DNA from: Candidatus Heimdallarchaeota archaeon
GTDB lineage: Archaea > Asgardarchaeota > Heimdallarchaeia > Heimdallarchaeales > Kariarchaeaceae
Length of the DNA stretch: 64,000 nt
Assembly (NCBI GenBank): GCA_027077875.1
Contig: JALWRB010000216.1
Span: 941-64,940 of the forward strand
Reading direction: 5' to 3'
Shown here: piece by piece, positions 1-9,607 of the stretch
How positions within the stretch are numbered: the stretch's first letter is position 1
Layout: each line of letters opens with the position of its first letter
Made by a program: the position numbers and the translations under genes
The notes under the pieces: generated by a model
Database searches by the model: none
The model's input: only the letters and a program-made list of their open reading frames with translations
What the model was told of the DNA's origin: nothing

Positions 1-861
1 ACGTCCTGAACCCCCATTACCCGCGGAGGTGATCAGGAGCATACCAGCTTCCTCGATTCTTTGGAAGATATTGGCGAATGGTGCATAATACCCACCACCA
101 CCGGAGTAATTAATGATCTTCATCGTCTGGTTCTTGGAGATCATGTAGTCGAAAGCCTCAAAATAGTGGATATTATCTGCTCCTGTCTCAAAGCTCCTTC
201 CGTTGTCTTGCATCCTCCATGCCGCAGATATCACTGTCGCATTGAAGGCGTTGCCCTTAGCCAGTGGATCGTCGTCACCAGTCCCGACGATCGTCCCAGA
301 CACAGGTGTTCCGTGGAAGGGATCCCTCGTACCGAGACCGCTGGTCTCGAACCATGTCTGCTCGATGATCCTGCCCTTTAGACCCGGGTGATCTACCTCG
401 ACACCGTTGTCCACGACTCCTACGGTGACGTTCTGCCCCGAGTATCCTAGGTCCCAGAGTTTGTCCACACCCATAAACGGTGCGTCCTCTAATGAGTCAA
501 GGGTCATCCTTGCCTCAACAACTGGAGGGACTTCGAGGTCGAGCTTGTGGACGGATGTGTCATAAGCTGGCCCCACCTCTGTCCTGATCTTCTCGATAGC
601 TCCAATGGTGGTCTCAATCAGAGCGGCTCTTAGGTTGGGGAAGGCCTTGATGACATCACTTGTCTCCAAGAGATACTCATAATCCTCTTTTGTATCCGGG
701 AAGACTATGAATCTCCTAGTAATTTCCGAGTTGAACTGGAAGTAATTCGGTGATGAATTTGCGATATATTCTTCATTCTCCACTGCCTGAATGTCTTGCG
801 GTACAACCGAAGCTATTAGGAGTGTAGCGATGAACAGAAGTGGTATCCTGTTCTTGTACAT
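1..861 (-). CDS. S8 subtilisin-like serine protease, paralog copy 1. Partial: the 3' end runs off the window start.
   Basis: Minus-strand ATG at 861..859 gives MYKNRIPLLFIATLL, a signal-peptide-like N-terminus. The translated sequence parallels ORF 983..3988 (Asp-box VVDNGVEVDHPG, HGTPVSG). Absent from the ORF track because no stop codon lies inside the window. Nucleotides about 300-520 are nearly identical to about 3400-3640. Confidence 0.75.
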   Translation of the reverse strand, partial: MYKNRIPLLFIATLLIASVVPQDIQAVENEEYIANSSPNYFQFNSEITRRFIVFPDTKEDYEYLLETSDVIKAFPNLRAALIETTIGAIEKIRTEVGPAYDTSVHKLDLEVPPVVEARMTLDSLEDAPFMGVDKLWDLGYSGQNVTVGVVDNGVEVDHPGLKGRIIEQTWFETSGLGTRDPFHGTPVSGTIVGTGDDDPLAKGNAFNATVISAAWRMQDNGRSFETGADNIHYFEAFDYMISKNQTMKIINYSGGGGYYAPFANIFQRIEEAGMLLITSAGNGGSGR

Positions 862-982
862 GGTGCGTCAAAGTCTCGTACATTATTAATTTTTACGGTA
901 TTTAATCTGCAAGAAAATCTTGGGATATATCCATTTATGGTCTTTATCTACAGTTTTTCATTCTCCAAAAGTACGATTGTAT

Positions 983-3900
983 CTACTCTTTTCTTCGTGT
1001 AGATCTTTTGACTACCGGAATCGAGAGTAGAGCGACCGTGACGAGTAGGAATACTGGGTAGAAGCTAGTATCCTCTGTTGTGGCATCGGAGAGAGTCGTC
1101 TCGCTGGTCGTCGTATTTGTCGAAGTGGTGGTTGGGATCTCCTCGCCTTCGGCCAGCCTGTAGATCACGAGGTTGTTCACTGAGACATGGTCCTTGGAGT
1201 CTGTCGCTCGTACGGTGAGTGTATGTTCTCCAGTGCTTATCTCCGAGAGGGGTATCCTCACCTTCAGCAGATTGTTAGTGTAGAACTGCTTGAAGAGAAC
1301 CGGATCAACGGATGCACCGTCGAAGAGGACTTCAATCTGGTCGAACTTAATCTCCTCAGAGGCATCTACAATCGTATACTTCACGAACCCGTAGAGCTCG
1401 TCGTAGGTGAAGTACGTATTGTTTTCTATGTCAGGTGTGATATCTGGACCATAGTTGTCGACGATTCTGTCCCATCTGAGGTACTCGTCACCGTTGCTAA
1501 CCTCTAGGGTGTGAGGACCATCGACGTCGTATTCCTCTACGATCTGGTAGTCCCCATTCATGAGTTTCTTGACCTCCTTGCTCTCGGTCTCCATGAACTC
1601 ATTCCCGATCCTCCTTGCAGTGGGTTGGGTCCTCGATCTCACCGTCACCGTTAGCTCTGTTGTGGTCTCTTCCTCTGCGATGAGGTACATCCGATTCTCA
1701 GAGGTCAGCCACTTGGCAATGTTCTGGGCTAGAACCTTGGAGGTCGCAGTGTCTCCCATGATGGCCTTGTTACTCAGGATATTGCCAGACGAGGTGACGA
1801 CTACCCTGCCTCCGTCTATCTGATCGTAGGAAGCGAGGAATGTCCTTGTGCTGTCTCCAACCAGTGGACTGAGGATTGCGTTATCTGCTGCTGCCTTAGC
1901 GATATCGAGTGAGAGGAAGTTTCCTGAGATGGATGCTGTCGTTGCCCCTCCGACGATGGAGGAAATGTTATTTAGATCCCATCCATTACCTGAGATGTCC
2001 GATGAACTTAGGTTATCATACGGCGTTATGCCCCAACCTGAAGTCAGTGGTGTTATCGCACTCGGGTCTCCACCCACAGTCACCTCACCATCATCAAACA
2101 TCCCCTGATAACTAATTAACACGGAACCCCCCCCGTCTACGAACCCCCTAATCGCAGTGATCTCTGAAGGAAGCAGGGGTTGTCCTTGGTAATCATAAAT
2201 CCCGAGGAGCTCTGGCATCCAAAGGACATCGTAGCTATCAAGTAAAGCAGAGGTAATCTCTTGGTTCTCCCGAATGACTTGAATACCCATGTCAACAAAG
2301 GTTCTTCTCATGAATTCAGTCTGGTAAGCGGTCAATGCGGTGGATGCGAATCTCTCCCCATCGGTGTGCCTTTCGTCAAATAGAACTTTTCCGATAGGTG
2401 CTTCAAGGACAGTGATGGTGAGATTGACAGTCCTCTCGATTCCATCTAGGGAGACGACAATCGAGCCTGAATATGCTCCAGGAGTAATCCCGGTTGTGTC
2501 GATATCCAGTGGTAGGTACTGAGAGTAGGAGTTATTATCCCATCTGTTCATATCGAGGCTCAGGACCTGTGAGAGATCGCCTGTCATTCTGATATTGAGT
2601 TCAGAGGCATTTGATGTGATAACTGTAAACCCATCGACACCCTCCGTGACACTTGGGAAGTACCGCAGGTCGAATAGTCCTCCATGATTCGGAGTCACAA
2701 TTAACCCCTCTGCGAATCCTCCAGTTGGGTTCTCATCCTTAATCGAGGTGTACGAGTTGTAGATGTTCACATCGCCTGCACCCTTGAGGTAGTCCATCTT
2801 ACCATAGTCCATATAGGCTCCCTGTAGAAGAGCGGCCTTGAGTGTCCCCACATTCCACGTATAGTTCTCAGCGTTGAGGGCAGAGATCAATGTGGCCACT
2901 GCACCCGCAGTCAAGGGAGATGAGAATGATGTGCCTGAGACTCTACCATAACCCTTTCCTAGAGTAGTGGAATAGACTGAAGACCCCGGTGCTGCAACAT
3001 CGGGTTTCATCCCAGGAAGAGCTCCCGGTCCTCTAGAGGAGAAGGAGGTCAGGGACGATCTCTGATCTCGGTTGGTGGCTGCGACGGACACCGGTTCGAT
3101 GAAGCAGGACGGGCATCCTACTGTCTCCATTCCAGATCCTTCATTTCCCGCTGATGCGATTAACAGCATACCCGCCTCCTCGATTCTCTGTTGGACAATG
3201 GCAAAAGGCGCAAAGTACCCACCCCCTCCTGAGAAATTAATAATCTTCATCGTCTGGTTTTTGGAGATCATGTAGTCGAAGGCATCGAAGTAGAAGATGT
3301 CATCTGGTCCAGTTTCGAAGCTCCTACCGTTGCTCCTCATCCTCCACGCTGCGGATATCACAGTCGCATTGAAAGCGTTACCCTTTGCCAATGGATCGTC
3401 GTCACCTGTTCCGACGATCGTACCTGACACAGGTGTTCCGTGGAAGGGATCCCTCGTACCGAGACCGCTGGACTCAAACCATGTCTGCTCGATGATCCTG
3501 CCCTTCAGACCCGGGTGATCTACCTCGACACCGTTGTCCACGACTCCTACGGTGACGTTCTGCCCCGAGTATCCTAGGTCCCAGAGTTTGTCCACTCCCA
3601 TAAACGGTGCATCCTCTAACGAGTCAAGAGTCATCCTTGTCCCGACCACAGGTGGAATCTGTAAATTCGCTCTGTTCACTGTAGTATCGAATGCGGGACC
3701 GATTTCCGATTGGATTCTTTCAATCTCGCCCAACTTGCTTTCAATCAAGACTGCACGAAGGTTAGGAAATGCCTTGATGACATTCGATGATTCGATAAGG
3801 TTCACATAGTTCTCCTTAGTGTCTGGGAAGACGATGAATCTCCTAGTGATTTCCGAGTTGAACTGGTAGTAATTCGGTGATATATCTATTGCGGATTCTT

Positions 3901-3988
3901 CGTTCTTTGATGCTTGTATCCCCTGTGGTAAGACAGAGACAATCAGTAAAGCCAAGAAGAATATGAAAAATCCCCTGTTTCTGTGCAT
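983..3988 (-). CDS. S8 family subtilisin-like serine protease. Secreted, with a C-terminal Thr-rich linker, TM anchor and basic tail.
   Basis: Catalytic motifs VVDNGVEVDHPG (Asp), HGTPVSG (His) and GTSFSSP (Ser). N-terminal signal peptide. The C-terminus TTTSTNTTTSETT...FLLVTVALLSIPVVKRSTRRKE is typical of archaeal surface-anchored proteins. Confidence 0.85.
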   Translation of the reverse strand: MHRNRGFFIFFLALLIVSVLPQGIQASKNEESAIDISPNYYQFNSEITRRFIVFPDTKENYVNLIESSNVIKAFPNLRAVLIESKLGEIERIQSEIGPAFDTTVNRANLQIPPVVGTRMTLDSLEDAPFMGVDKLWDLGYSGQNVTVGVVDNGVEVDHPGLKGRIIEQTWFESSGLGTRDPFHGTPVSGTIVGTGDDDPLAKGNAFNATVISAAWRMRSNGRSFETGPDDIFYFDAFDYMISKNQTMKIINFSGGGGYFAPFAIVQQRIEEAGMLLIASAGNEGSGMETVGCPSCFIEPVSVAATNRDQRSSLTSFSSRGPGALPGMKPDVAAPGSSVYSTTLGKGYGRVSGTSFSSPLTAGAVATLISALNAENYTWNVGTLKAALLQGAYMDYGKMDYLKGAGDVNIYNSYTSIKDENPTGGFAEGLIVTPNHGGLFDLRYFPSVTEGVDGFTVITSNASELNIRMTGDLSQVLSLDMNRWDNNSYSQYLPLDIDTTGITPGAYSGSIVVSLDGIERTVNLTITVLEAPIGKVLFDERHTDGERFASTALTAYQTEFMRRTFVDMGIQVIRENQEITSALLDSYDVLWMPELLGIYDYQGQPLLPSEITAIRGFVDGGGSVLISYQGMFDDGEVTVGGDPSAITPLTSGWGITPYDNLSSSDISGNGWDLNNISSIVGGATTASISGNFLSLDIAKAAADNAILSPLVGDSTRTFLASYDQIDGGRVVVTSSGNILSNKAIMGDTATSKVLAQNIAKWLTSENRMYLIAEEETTTELTVTVRSRTQPTARRIGNEFMETESKEVKKLMNGDYQIVEEYDVDGPHTLEVSNGDEYLRWDRIVDNYGPDITPDIENNTYFTYDELYGFVKYTIVDASEEIKFDQIEVLFDGASVDPVLFKQFYTNNLLKVRIPLSEISTGEHTLTVRATDSKDHVSVNNLVIYRLAEGEEIPTTTSTNTTTSETTLSDATTEDTSFYPVFLLVTVALLSIPVVKRSTRRKE

Positions 3989-4158
3989 GATGGTTCAATA
4001 GTTCAAGCTCTATTAATAGTTCCGATTTTCATTTCTGCTGAATGTGTTAGGAAATCTCTATCCCTCTGATTTTGCTAGTGATTTTCACACACCTACAAAG
4101 TCTTTGAGGTCTTTGGAGTGCCTTTGCATCCAATAAGGATATGGCCATCTCAACAGAG

Positions 4159-4166
4159 TTTATATA
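4159..4166 (+). promoter_or_regulatory. Candidate archaeal TATA box (TTTATATA), about 28 bp upstream of the GTPase ATG. Fits a leaderless transcript.
   Basis: TTTATATA sits at -32..-25 relative to the ATG at 4191, in the divergent intergenic region between the subtilase and GTPase genes. Confidence 0.3.
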
Positions 4167-4190
4167 GTTTCTCGGGTATATATCTGTTAT

Positions 4191-4766
4191 ATGGACTTCA
4201 TGGCAAAGTTACTTCTTATCGGTGATGGAGCAGTAGGGAAGACCAGTCTCAGGAAAAGATATCTTGGACATGGATTCAATGCATCCCATCTTATGACCAT
4301 AGGTGCAGACTTTGCCTCCAAGACGATTGTCTTGGACTCTGGGATAAAATTTGTAGCTCAGATTTGGGACCTCGCAGGACAGGAACAATTTGCGAGTGTT
4401 CGCCAAAGATTCTTTCTTGGCGCTTCTGCTGTCATGCTCGTCTTTGATGTGACAAACCGGGACACATTCTTCAACATTCCCAACTGGTTGCAGGAACTCT
4501 TCTCCGCGACTAACAACGCCAAGATCCCTATTATTCTTGTTGGTAACAAGGTTGATCTGGAGGACCACAGGGTGGTAAGAAAAGAGGATGCAGAGAAATA
4601 CCTTCAGCTACTGCGATCGAGCCCATTCTTCTCAGATATCCCGATGGCATACATCGAGACATCAGCCAAGGACGGTACAAACGTGGAGGATGCTTTTCAC
4701 TGGCTGGCCAAGACCCTTGTTGAGAGCGATGTCATCCACAAACCAAGAGCTTTTGGTTCGAAGTGA
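4191..4766 (+). CDS. Small GTPase of the Ras superfamily, Rab/Ras-like.
   Basis: G1 GDGAVGKT; switch I TIGADF; G3 WDLAGQE; G4 GNKVD; G5 ETSAK. Length 191 aa. No C-terminal prenylation Cys. Confidence 0.85.
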   Translation: MDFMAKLLLIGDGAVGKTSLRKRYLGHGFNASHLMTIGADFASKTIVLDSGIKFVAQIWDLAGQEQFASVRQRFFLGASAVMLVFDVTNRDTFFNIPNWLQELFSATNNAKIPIILVGNKVDLEDHRVVRKEDAEKYLQLLRSSPFFSDIPMAYIETSAKDGTNVEDAFHWLAKTLVESDVIHKPRAFGSK

Positions 4767-5153
4767 CTTGAACTAAATAAATTGAATATTGTGGATATAC
4801 AAAATATGGTACATAATTGCATGGGATATAATACAGATCTATCGCCTCCCTCAAACATAGATTCCACCTAGTGTAGTGTCAATATTCTCACACTTACTTC
4901 TACCATTTTTCTGGCGGGATCTCTCTTGAGTAGTGTTTCTTGCTTTGTAACACTGATTAGAGAACTGGATTATGTAAGCTTTGCAGAGTTGCCATCTTAT
5001 AGCTGGGTATTTGATCCGATGTTGAACTTTCGATCAATATCGCACAAATATTGCCATAATGTCCAAGAAAATTTCGGTAAAAACAAAATACATTTATATC
5101 GTCCGTAAAATGCAGTTTATAAAAATCCTAAATTAGGAAGTAGGAAGAGAACA

Positions 5154-6422
5154 ATGCGAATAAAATCAAAAGACATGCCCCTGATCCTCGCGCTCCTTGA
5201 GAATCCCACTGCTACACAGCAGGAACTCAAGGATGCCATCAAGGAATTTGCAGATCATACATGGGACGTCTCCAATATCTCTAGAAAACTAACCAAATTT
5301 TTCGATCCCGAAGATGGAATCATGAACGGTGTCCAAGCTACTTTTAACCTTAGTTTACTGAACCTCGAACTTCACGGATTCGTGGTGGAATTGGAGGACG
5401 ATGCCTGGAACAGAAATTATGATATTATTCATCAACTTGTAATTCTTCATCCGTACGCCTCCTACATGAACAAGATCTATGGACACAAAAATGGGGTCTA
5501 CTTACAGTTCTACGTTCCTAAGAAGAGCGATGTCGGGTTGTATATTGCCCGGCTCCTTGACTATCTCATCACGGCCAAAGTCGTCAAGGAGTACGACTGG
5601 ATAAAAGATCTTGACTTTGTGATCAGCTCGAGTGGCTCACTTGGTGTGTGGGATCCTTGGACTAGCTATTGGGATGTTGACTTTGACAAGTTGGAACATG
5701 TACTGAATACCGTGTATGAACCGATTTTCATTCCTAAACGAAGAAGTGTACTGCATAAGCTCAAAGACTATGACATGGCAGTTATTCGTGAGTTGTCGAA
5801 GAATCTAAGGCGAAGCCAGATTGAGATCATGGAATCACTGTTCGGGGACCTGAAGGGTGAGGAAGGCTATGATCCATACCGTAATGTCAGAGACAAATTC
5901 CCGAAATCCAAGCAGTCTCTCTCTCGGAAGATCCAATGGATCGAGGATTTCGGATTCATAAAGAGCAAATGGCTGATGTTTGACAGGGAGAAATTCGGTC
6001 TTCTCAACCAGATACTTTTTGTCATGGATCGTGATGAGATAGGGCTTGCTGCTCTGGTCAAGTCCATAGAGCTTGAGGTCGAGGCAAAGGGTATGACAAC
6101 CAAGGGTGAATACACGAAGAAGAACAAAATCCTACCATATCCCTGCAATGTCTCTGTGAACTCCGACAAAATTGTTCTGTGGCTATACCTCCAACCACTG
6201 GATCTCTTAAAGTTCAGTGATCTCTTTACCAGTAGGTTCCAAGGTGTGGAGATTTATATCCTTGGTGTTGATCCAAAAGCATACTATTTCAACAATGTAA
6301 ATTTTGATTCTGATACCAGACAATGGAAAACTCAACCCGTCTACGTCTATGATGAGATCCTTTATCAGCTAAAAGAAATTCTGGAAATGGGTGCGATACG
6401 AATATCGGATCCATTGGTGTAA
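5154..6422 (+). CDS. Putative transcription regulator with two tandem Lrp/AsnC-like modules, each an HTH plus an effector-like domain.
   Basis: N-terminal LLENPTATQQELKDAI, then an ISRKLTKF HTH-like pattern. A second similar module starts at about residue 205 (VIRELSKNLRRSQIEIMESL ... SLSRKIQWIEDFGFI). Confidence 0.4.
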   Translation: MRIKSKDMPLILALLENPTATQQELKDAIKEFADHTWDVSNISRKLTKFFDPEDGIMNGVQATFNLSLLNLELHGFVVELEDDAWNRNYDIIHQLVILHPYASYMNKIYGHKNGVYLQFYVPKKSDVGLYIARLLDYLITAKVVKEYDWIKDLDFVISSSGSLGVWDPWTSYWDVDFDKLEHVLNTVYEPIFIPKRRSVLHKLKDYDMAVIRELSKNLRRSQIEIMESLFGDLKGEEGYDPYRNVRDKFPKSKQSLSRKIQWIEDFGFIKSKWLMFDREKFGLLNQILFVMDRDEIGLAALVKSIELEVEAKGMTTKGEYTKKNKILPYPCNVSVNSDKIVLWLYLQPLDLLKFSDLFTSRFQGVEIYILGVDPKAYYFNNVNFDSDTRQWKTQPVYVYDEILYQLKEILEMGAIRISDPLV

Positions 6423-6489
6423 AAATATGTGTGTGTAATGATTCTTCGTACTGGCTGTCTGAAATTTCATTATTATTCACCTTATACCT

Positions 6490-7014
6490 TTGACATTGTT
6501 AACCAATGAAGTTATAAATTACATAATGATAAGTCAATATGAGGTCTCCATGAAAAGAATGAGAGTAGTATTCATCCTTACGGTATTCGTACTCGGAATG
6601 ATGTCATCTATCAGCACAGCATCCGCGAACTTCTCGGTGTATGTATCTTTCAACGATGCATATTATGCTGATCTTGATGGTGATACACTCCAAGATGATA
6701 TCAGGTTGGATATGACAATTGAAATCTACAACTACCAATACTCGACAGATGTTGAGTTATATGTCGGCATCACCCTTCCATCAGGAACACAATACTGGTT
6801 CTTGGTTACTTTTACCGTCTATAAGTCAACCTACGGATACAGCACTGGTATGCTGTTCAATGCTTACGACACTGCGACCGAGTCAGGATGGTATGACGCT
6901 TCGGCGGTAGGGTTTGCTAACGGAGAGTCCTACTCAATAATGGAAACAATTACCTTCGATCCTCCCGGTGGTAGTGGTCCCGGAAATCCACAGGCAGAAG
7001 CGATATTCTATTAA
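6490..7014 (+). CDS. Secreted hypothetical protein.
   Basis: Signal peptide (MKRMRVVFILTVFVLGMMSSISTASA). No recognisable domain. Confidence 0.4.
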   Translation: MTLLTNEVINYIMISQYEVSMKRMRVVFILTVFVLGMMSSISTASANFSVYVSFNDAYYADLDGDTLQDDIRLDMTIEIYNYQYSTDVELYVGITLPSGTQYWFLVTFTVYKSTYGYSTGMLFNAYDTATESGWYDASAVGFANGESYSIMETITFDPPGGSGPGNPQAEAIFY

Positions 7015-7049
7015 TAATCATTTAAATCATTATATGCTGTAGACGTGTT

Positions 7050-8372
7050 ATGGCAGACCACGTGATCTCAATAGAGGAACTGTTCAACAAAGTCCCTGAG
7101 ATGAGAAAAGTGGATCTGACTCTCTGCGTTAATTGTAAATCGGTGAAGTTAGCTTGCGGATTGCTGAGGTGCCCACTTCTAAAGCTCTATGAATTTCCTC
7201 AGACTTCTGAGAGCCTCCAGAAGCTTGACTCATCAAATACATTATTCGGACCATCACCACAGATCTTCGTGGGTGAAAGTGGTTATCCACGGGTGACTGC
7301 TGGTCCGTTGACATCCCTCTCACCGGACAGTGAACTATCCAGACTTGCGGGCAATCCCTCGAAGTGGACTTCTCTGACGCTCGACCAGATCATGGAGCTG
7401 AGATTCGGTCTGCTTAGAGGTATGCAGAAAGCACACGCACTTTCCCCGGCATTCAGGGACAGACCACAGCAATCCAGACTCGTAGATAGCTTGCAGGAAA
7501 TTGCAATGGCAACGAACTCGGTCGAGACGGAAACACAGTATACTGGAAGGATAGATCCAACGATCAAGTTAGACTCCGTACTCTCACCCATTGGGCCCAC
7601 AGGTGCCATCCGGAAGCTGGATGTGACTGGACATTCTCGAATACCAAACAAGGTCGAGCAGTTGATAGGAGACGAACTCAAGGCAACAGAGCAGGTGAGT
7701 CAGATAGCTTCACTGGGTTTCGACGTATACTATCTCCAAAATGTCTTCTCCTCTGGTCTCACAGGTATCAAATCCTCTAGGAAAATGGTTCCTACGAGGT
7801 GGTCAATCACTGCAGTAGATGATATCGTCGGGAATAATCTTATCCAAGGTCTACAGGACTTCAAGGAGATAGAGGACATAACAGTCTACCATGGTGGTTT
7901 CTACGGTAACTACTTCACCTTTCTCCTTCTTCCCGAAAGATGGGGGTTCGAGAACTTCGAGAACTGGATGAAAGGATCGATATATTCTCTTGCCAGTAAG
8001 GGCTACCTTATCTCCCAAGATCATGAAGATCTGAAATACTCTTCTGTATATAGGGGGAAGTCTAAGTACTCCAATCAAGCTGGTGGCTACTACGCAGCGA
8101 GAATCAGCTTGCTCTATCATTTACACAAGCTCAGACGACAAGCAAAGGTGATTTCATTCAGGGAAATAACTCCCGAGTACCTAGTTCCATCTGGAGTCTG
8201 GGTTGTTCGGGAGGCTTCCCGAGTAGCGTTAACTGCTCAACCTCGGACTTTCCAGACCAGAGAAGAAGCTGAGAACTATGTCGATTCGGTCCTACTCACC
8301 CCTCTACAGGAATACAAAAATCGATCTTTCCTCCTTGTCCAAAGGTCACTTGATGAGTTTTTTTCTGACTGA
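7050..8372 (+). CDS. Hypothetical protein, possibly an archaeal NreA-like DNA repair protein (DUF650/DUF651).
   Basis: 440-aa ORF with an N-terminal Cys motif, LCVNCKSVKLACGLLRCP. This resembles my memory of the Nre N-terminus. The family call is uncertain. Confidence 0.4.
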   Translation: MADHVISIEELFNKVPEMRKVDLTLCVNCKSVKLACGLLRCPLLKLYEFPQTSESLQKLDSSNTLFGPSPQIFVGESGYPRVTAGPLTSLSPDSELSRLAGNPSKWTSLTLDQIMELRFGLLRGMQKAHALSPAFRDRPQQSRLVDSLQEIAMATNSVETETQYTGRIDPTIKLDSVLSPIGPTGAIRKLDVTGHSRIPNKVEQLIGDELKATEQVSQIASLGFDVYYLQNVFSSGLTGIKSSRKMVPTRWSITAVDDIVGNNLIQGLQDFKEIEDITVYHGGFYGNYFTFLLLPERWGFENFENWMKGSIYSLASKGYLISQDHEDLKYSSVYRGKSKYSNQAGGYYAARISLLYHLHKLRRQAKVISFREITPEYLVPSGVWVVREASRVALTAQPRTFQTREEAENYVDSVLLTPLQEYKNRSFLLVQRSLDEFFSD

Positions 8373-9572
8373 AAAAACCATGAATTTGGCAATCCTTGAG
8401 AATTCTAGGTAAAGATCACGTGGATTGTTCTTGATTAGTCTTTCATCCGATAGTGTGGGTTCTTCGATTGCCTCTATACTAAATCCAGCATTAACGCAAT
8501 ATTTAGTATACTGTGAAATGGTTCTGTGGAAGTATTGCAGCTTTTTTCCGTTGTACTCATAAATACTCGGTTGGGAATTGTAGTAGTTGTCTACCATGTA
8601 CACTCTGTCCTCATTCCTCTCCGAGTCCCATGGAAATTTCACTGGATTGAGAACAGGAATGTTGAAGCAAGGATGTGTTATCGAGAAGACGAGTATCCCC
8701 TCTGGTTTTAACACCCGGTGAATTTCTGCCATAATGGGTTCAATTAGGGGAATATCCATAAATGCCATGTTGCAGACAGCCTTATCGAAGGTATTTTCTA
8801 GGAATGAATCCAAGGAATCAGACTTTAGGTATTCTATTCCGAAATTGTCTTCCTTTTCTAACTCTATCGCATAATCGATCATCTTTGATGGATCGATTCC
8901 TGTCACCAATACTCCTTGTTTTGCAAGGATTCTGGCGATATTTCCCTCTCCGCAAGCAAAGTCCAGAACCTTTTCCCCATTATTGACACCGAGTAGCTTT
9001 AGAACCTCGGGAATAATTATGTATCTGTGGTTAAGATCTGGTTGATTAAGTCTATCCTCAACCCAAGTGGGTGCTATTTTATCCCATACATCAACTGAGT
9101 CCAAAGCAGTATCCAACCTCAATGGTAGAGAGCCCTTGGGTATTAGCTCTGCACTCCTTGGGAAAGGATTTCCAGTCGGAACTGATCCTGTTGGTATCCA
9201 CAAGACGAACTCGGTGGACGGTCTGAACTCACCAAATTGGATTGGGTGTTGAAGAGCAATTTCCGCGAAATCTAAAGCGGGAAGGTGCTTTCCACATCCT
9301 GAGCAGGGGATTGAGTAATAGTATTCATAGATGAGGAATCTCTCCTGAATCATTAGTTCATCGGCACAACCGACACAAGTATACCGATTACAGTCTTGGC
9401 ACCATCCAACACCAGAGAAATGCTTTTTGATCCCACATGAGTCACACTTGAACTGAAAGTGGAGCTCGCATCTGGGCGTAATTGGGTCGGTAAATTTTGT
9501 ACCAGGGTTAAGTGGATAGTCTGGGATAATCTTCTGATATTGACTACAATAATAGCACAGCTGCTGTATCAC
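8346..9572 (-). CDS. Class I SAM-dependent methyltransferase with an N-terminal Cys-rich zinc-ribbon region.
   Basis: Motif I VLDFACGEGNIA. Multiple CxxC pairs at the N-terminus. Confidence 0.6.
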   Translation of the reverse strand: MIQQLCYYCSQYQKIIPDYPLNPGTKFTDPITPRCELHFQFKCDSCGIKKHFSGVGWCQDCNRYTCVGCADELMIQERFLIYEYYYSIPCSGCGKHLPALDFAEIALQHPIQFGEFRPSTEFVLWIPTGSVPTGNPFPRSAELIPKGSLPLRLDTALDSVDVWDKIAPTWVEDRLNQPDLNHRYIIIPEVLKLLGVNNGEKVLDFACGEGNIARILAKQGVLVTGIDPSKMIDYAIELEKEDNFGIEYLKSDSLDSFLENTFDKAVCNMAFMDIPLIEPIMAEIHRVLKPEGILVFSITHPCFNIPVLNPVKFPWDSERNEDRVYMVDNYYNSQPSIYEYNGKKLQYFHRTISQYTKYCVNAGFSIEAIEEPTLSDERLIKNNPRDLYLEFSRIAKFMVFSVRKKLIK

Positions 9573-9607
9573 ATTGGAAATCTAATAAGAGTGTTCTAAA
9601 GCTTTTC

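Noticed and set aside
61-391. Plus-strand ORFs 61..381 and 203..391 (and the similar 3297..3518 and 3534..3809).
   Set aside because: They lie antisense to the two subtilase genes. Their near-identity to each other simply mirrors the duplicated subtilase DNA. They are shadow ORFs, not genes.
4209-4568. Minus-strand ORFs antisense to the small GTPase gene.
   Set aside because: No motifs. They overlap a gene with strong GTPase motifs.
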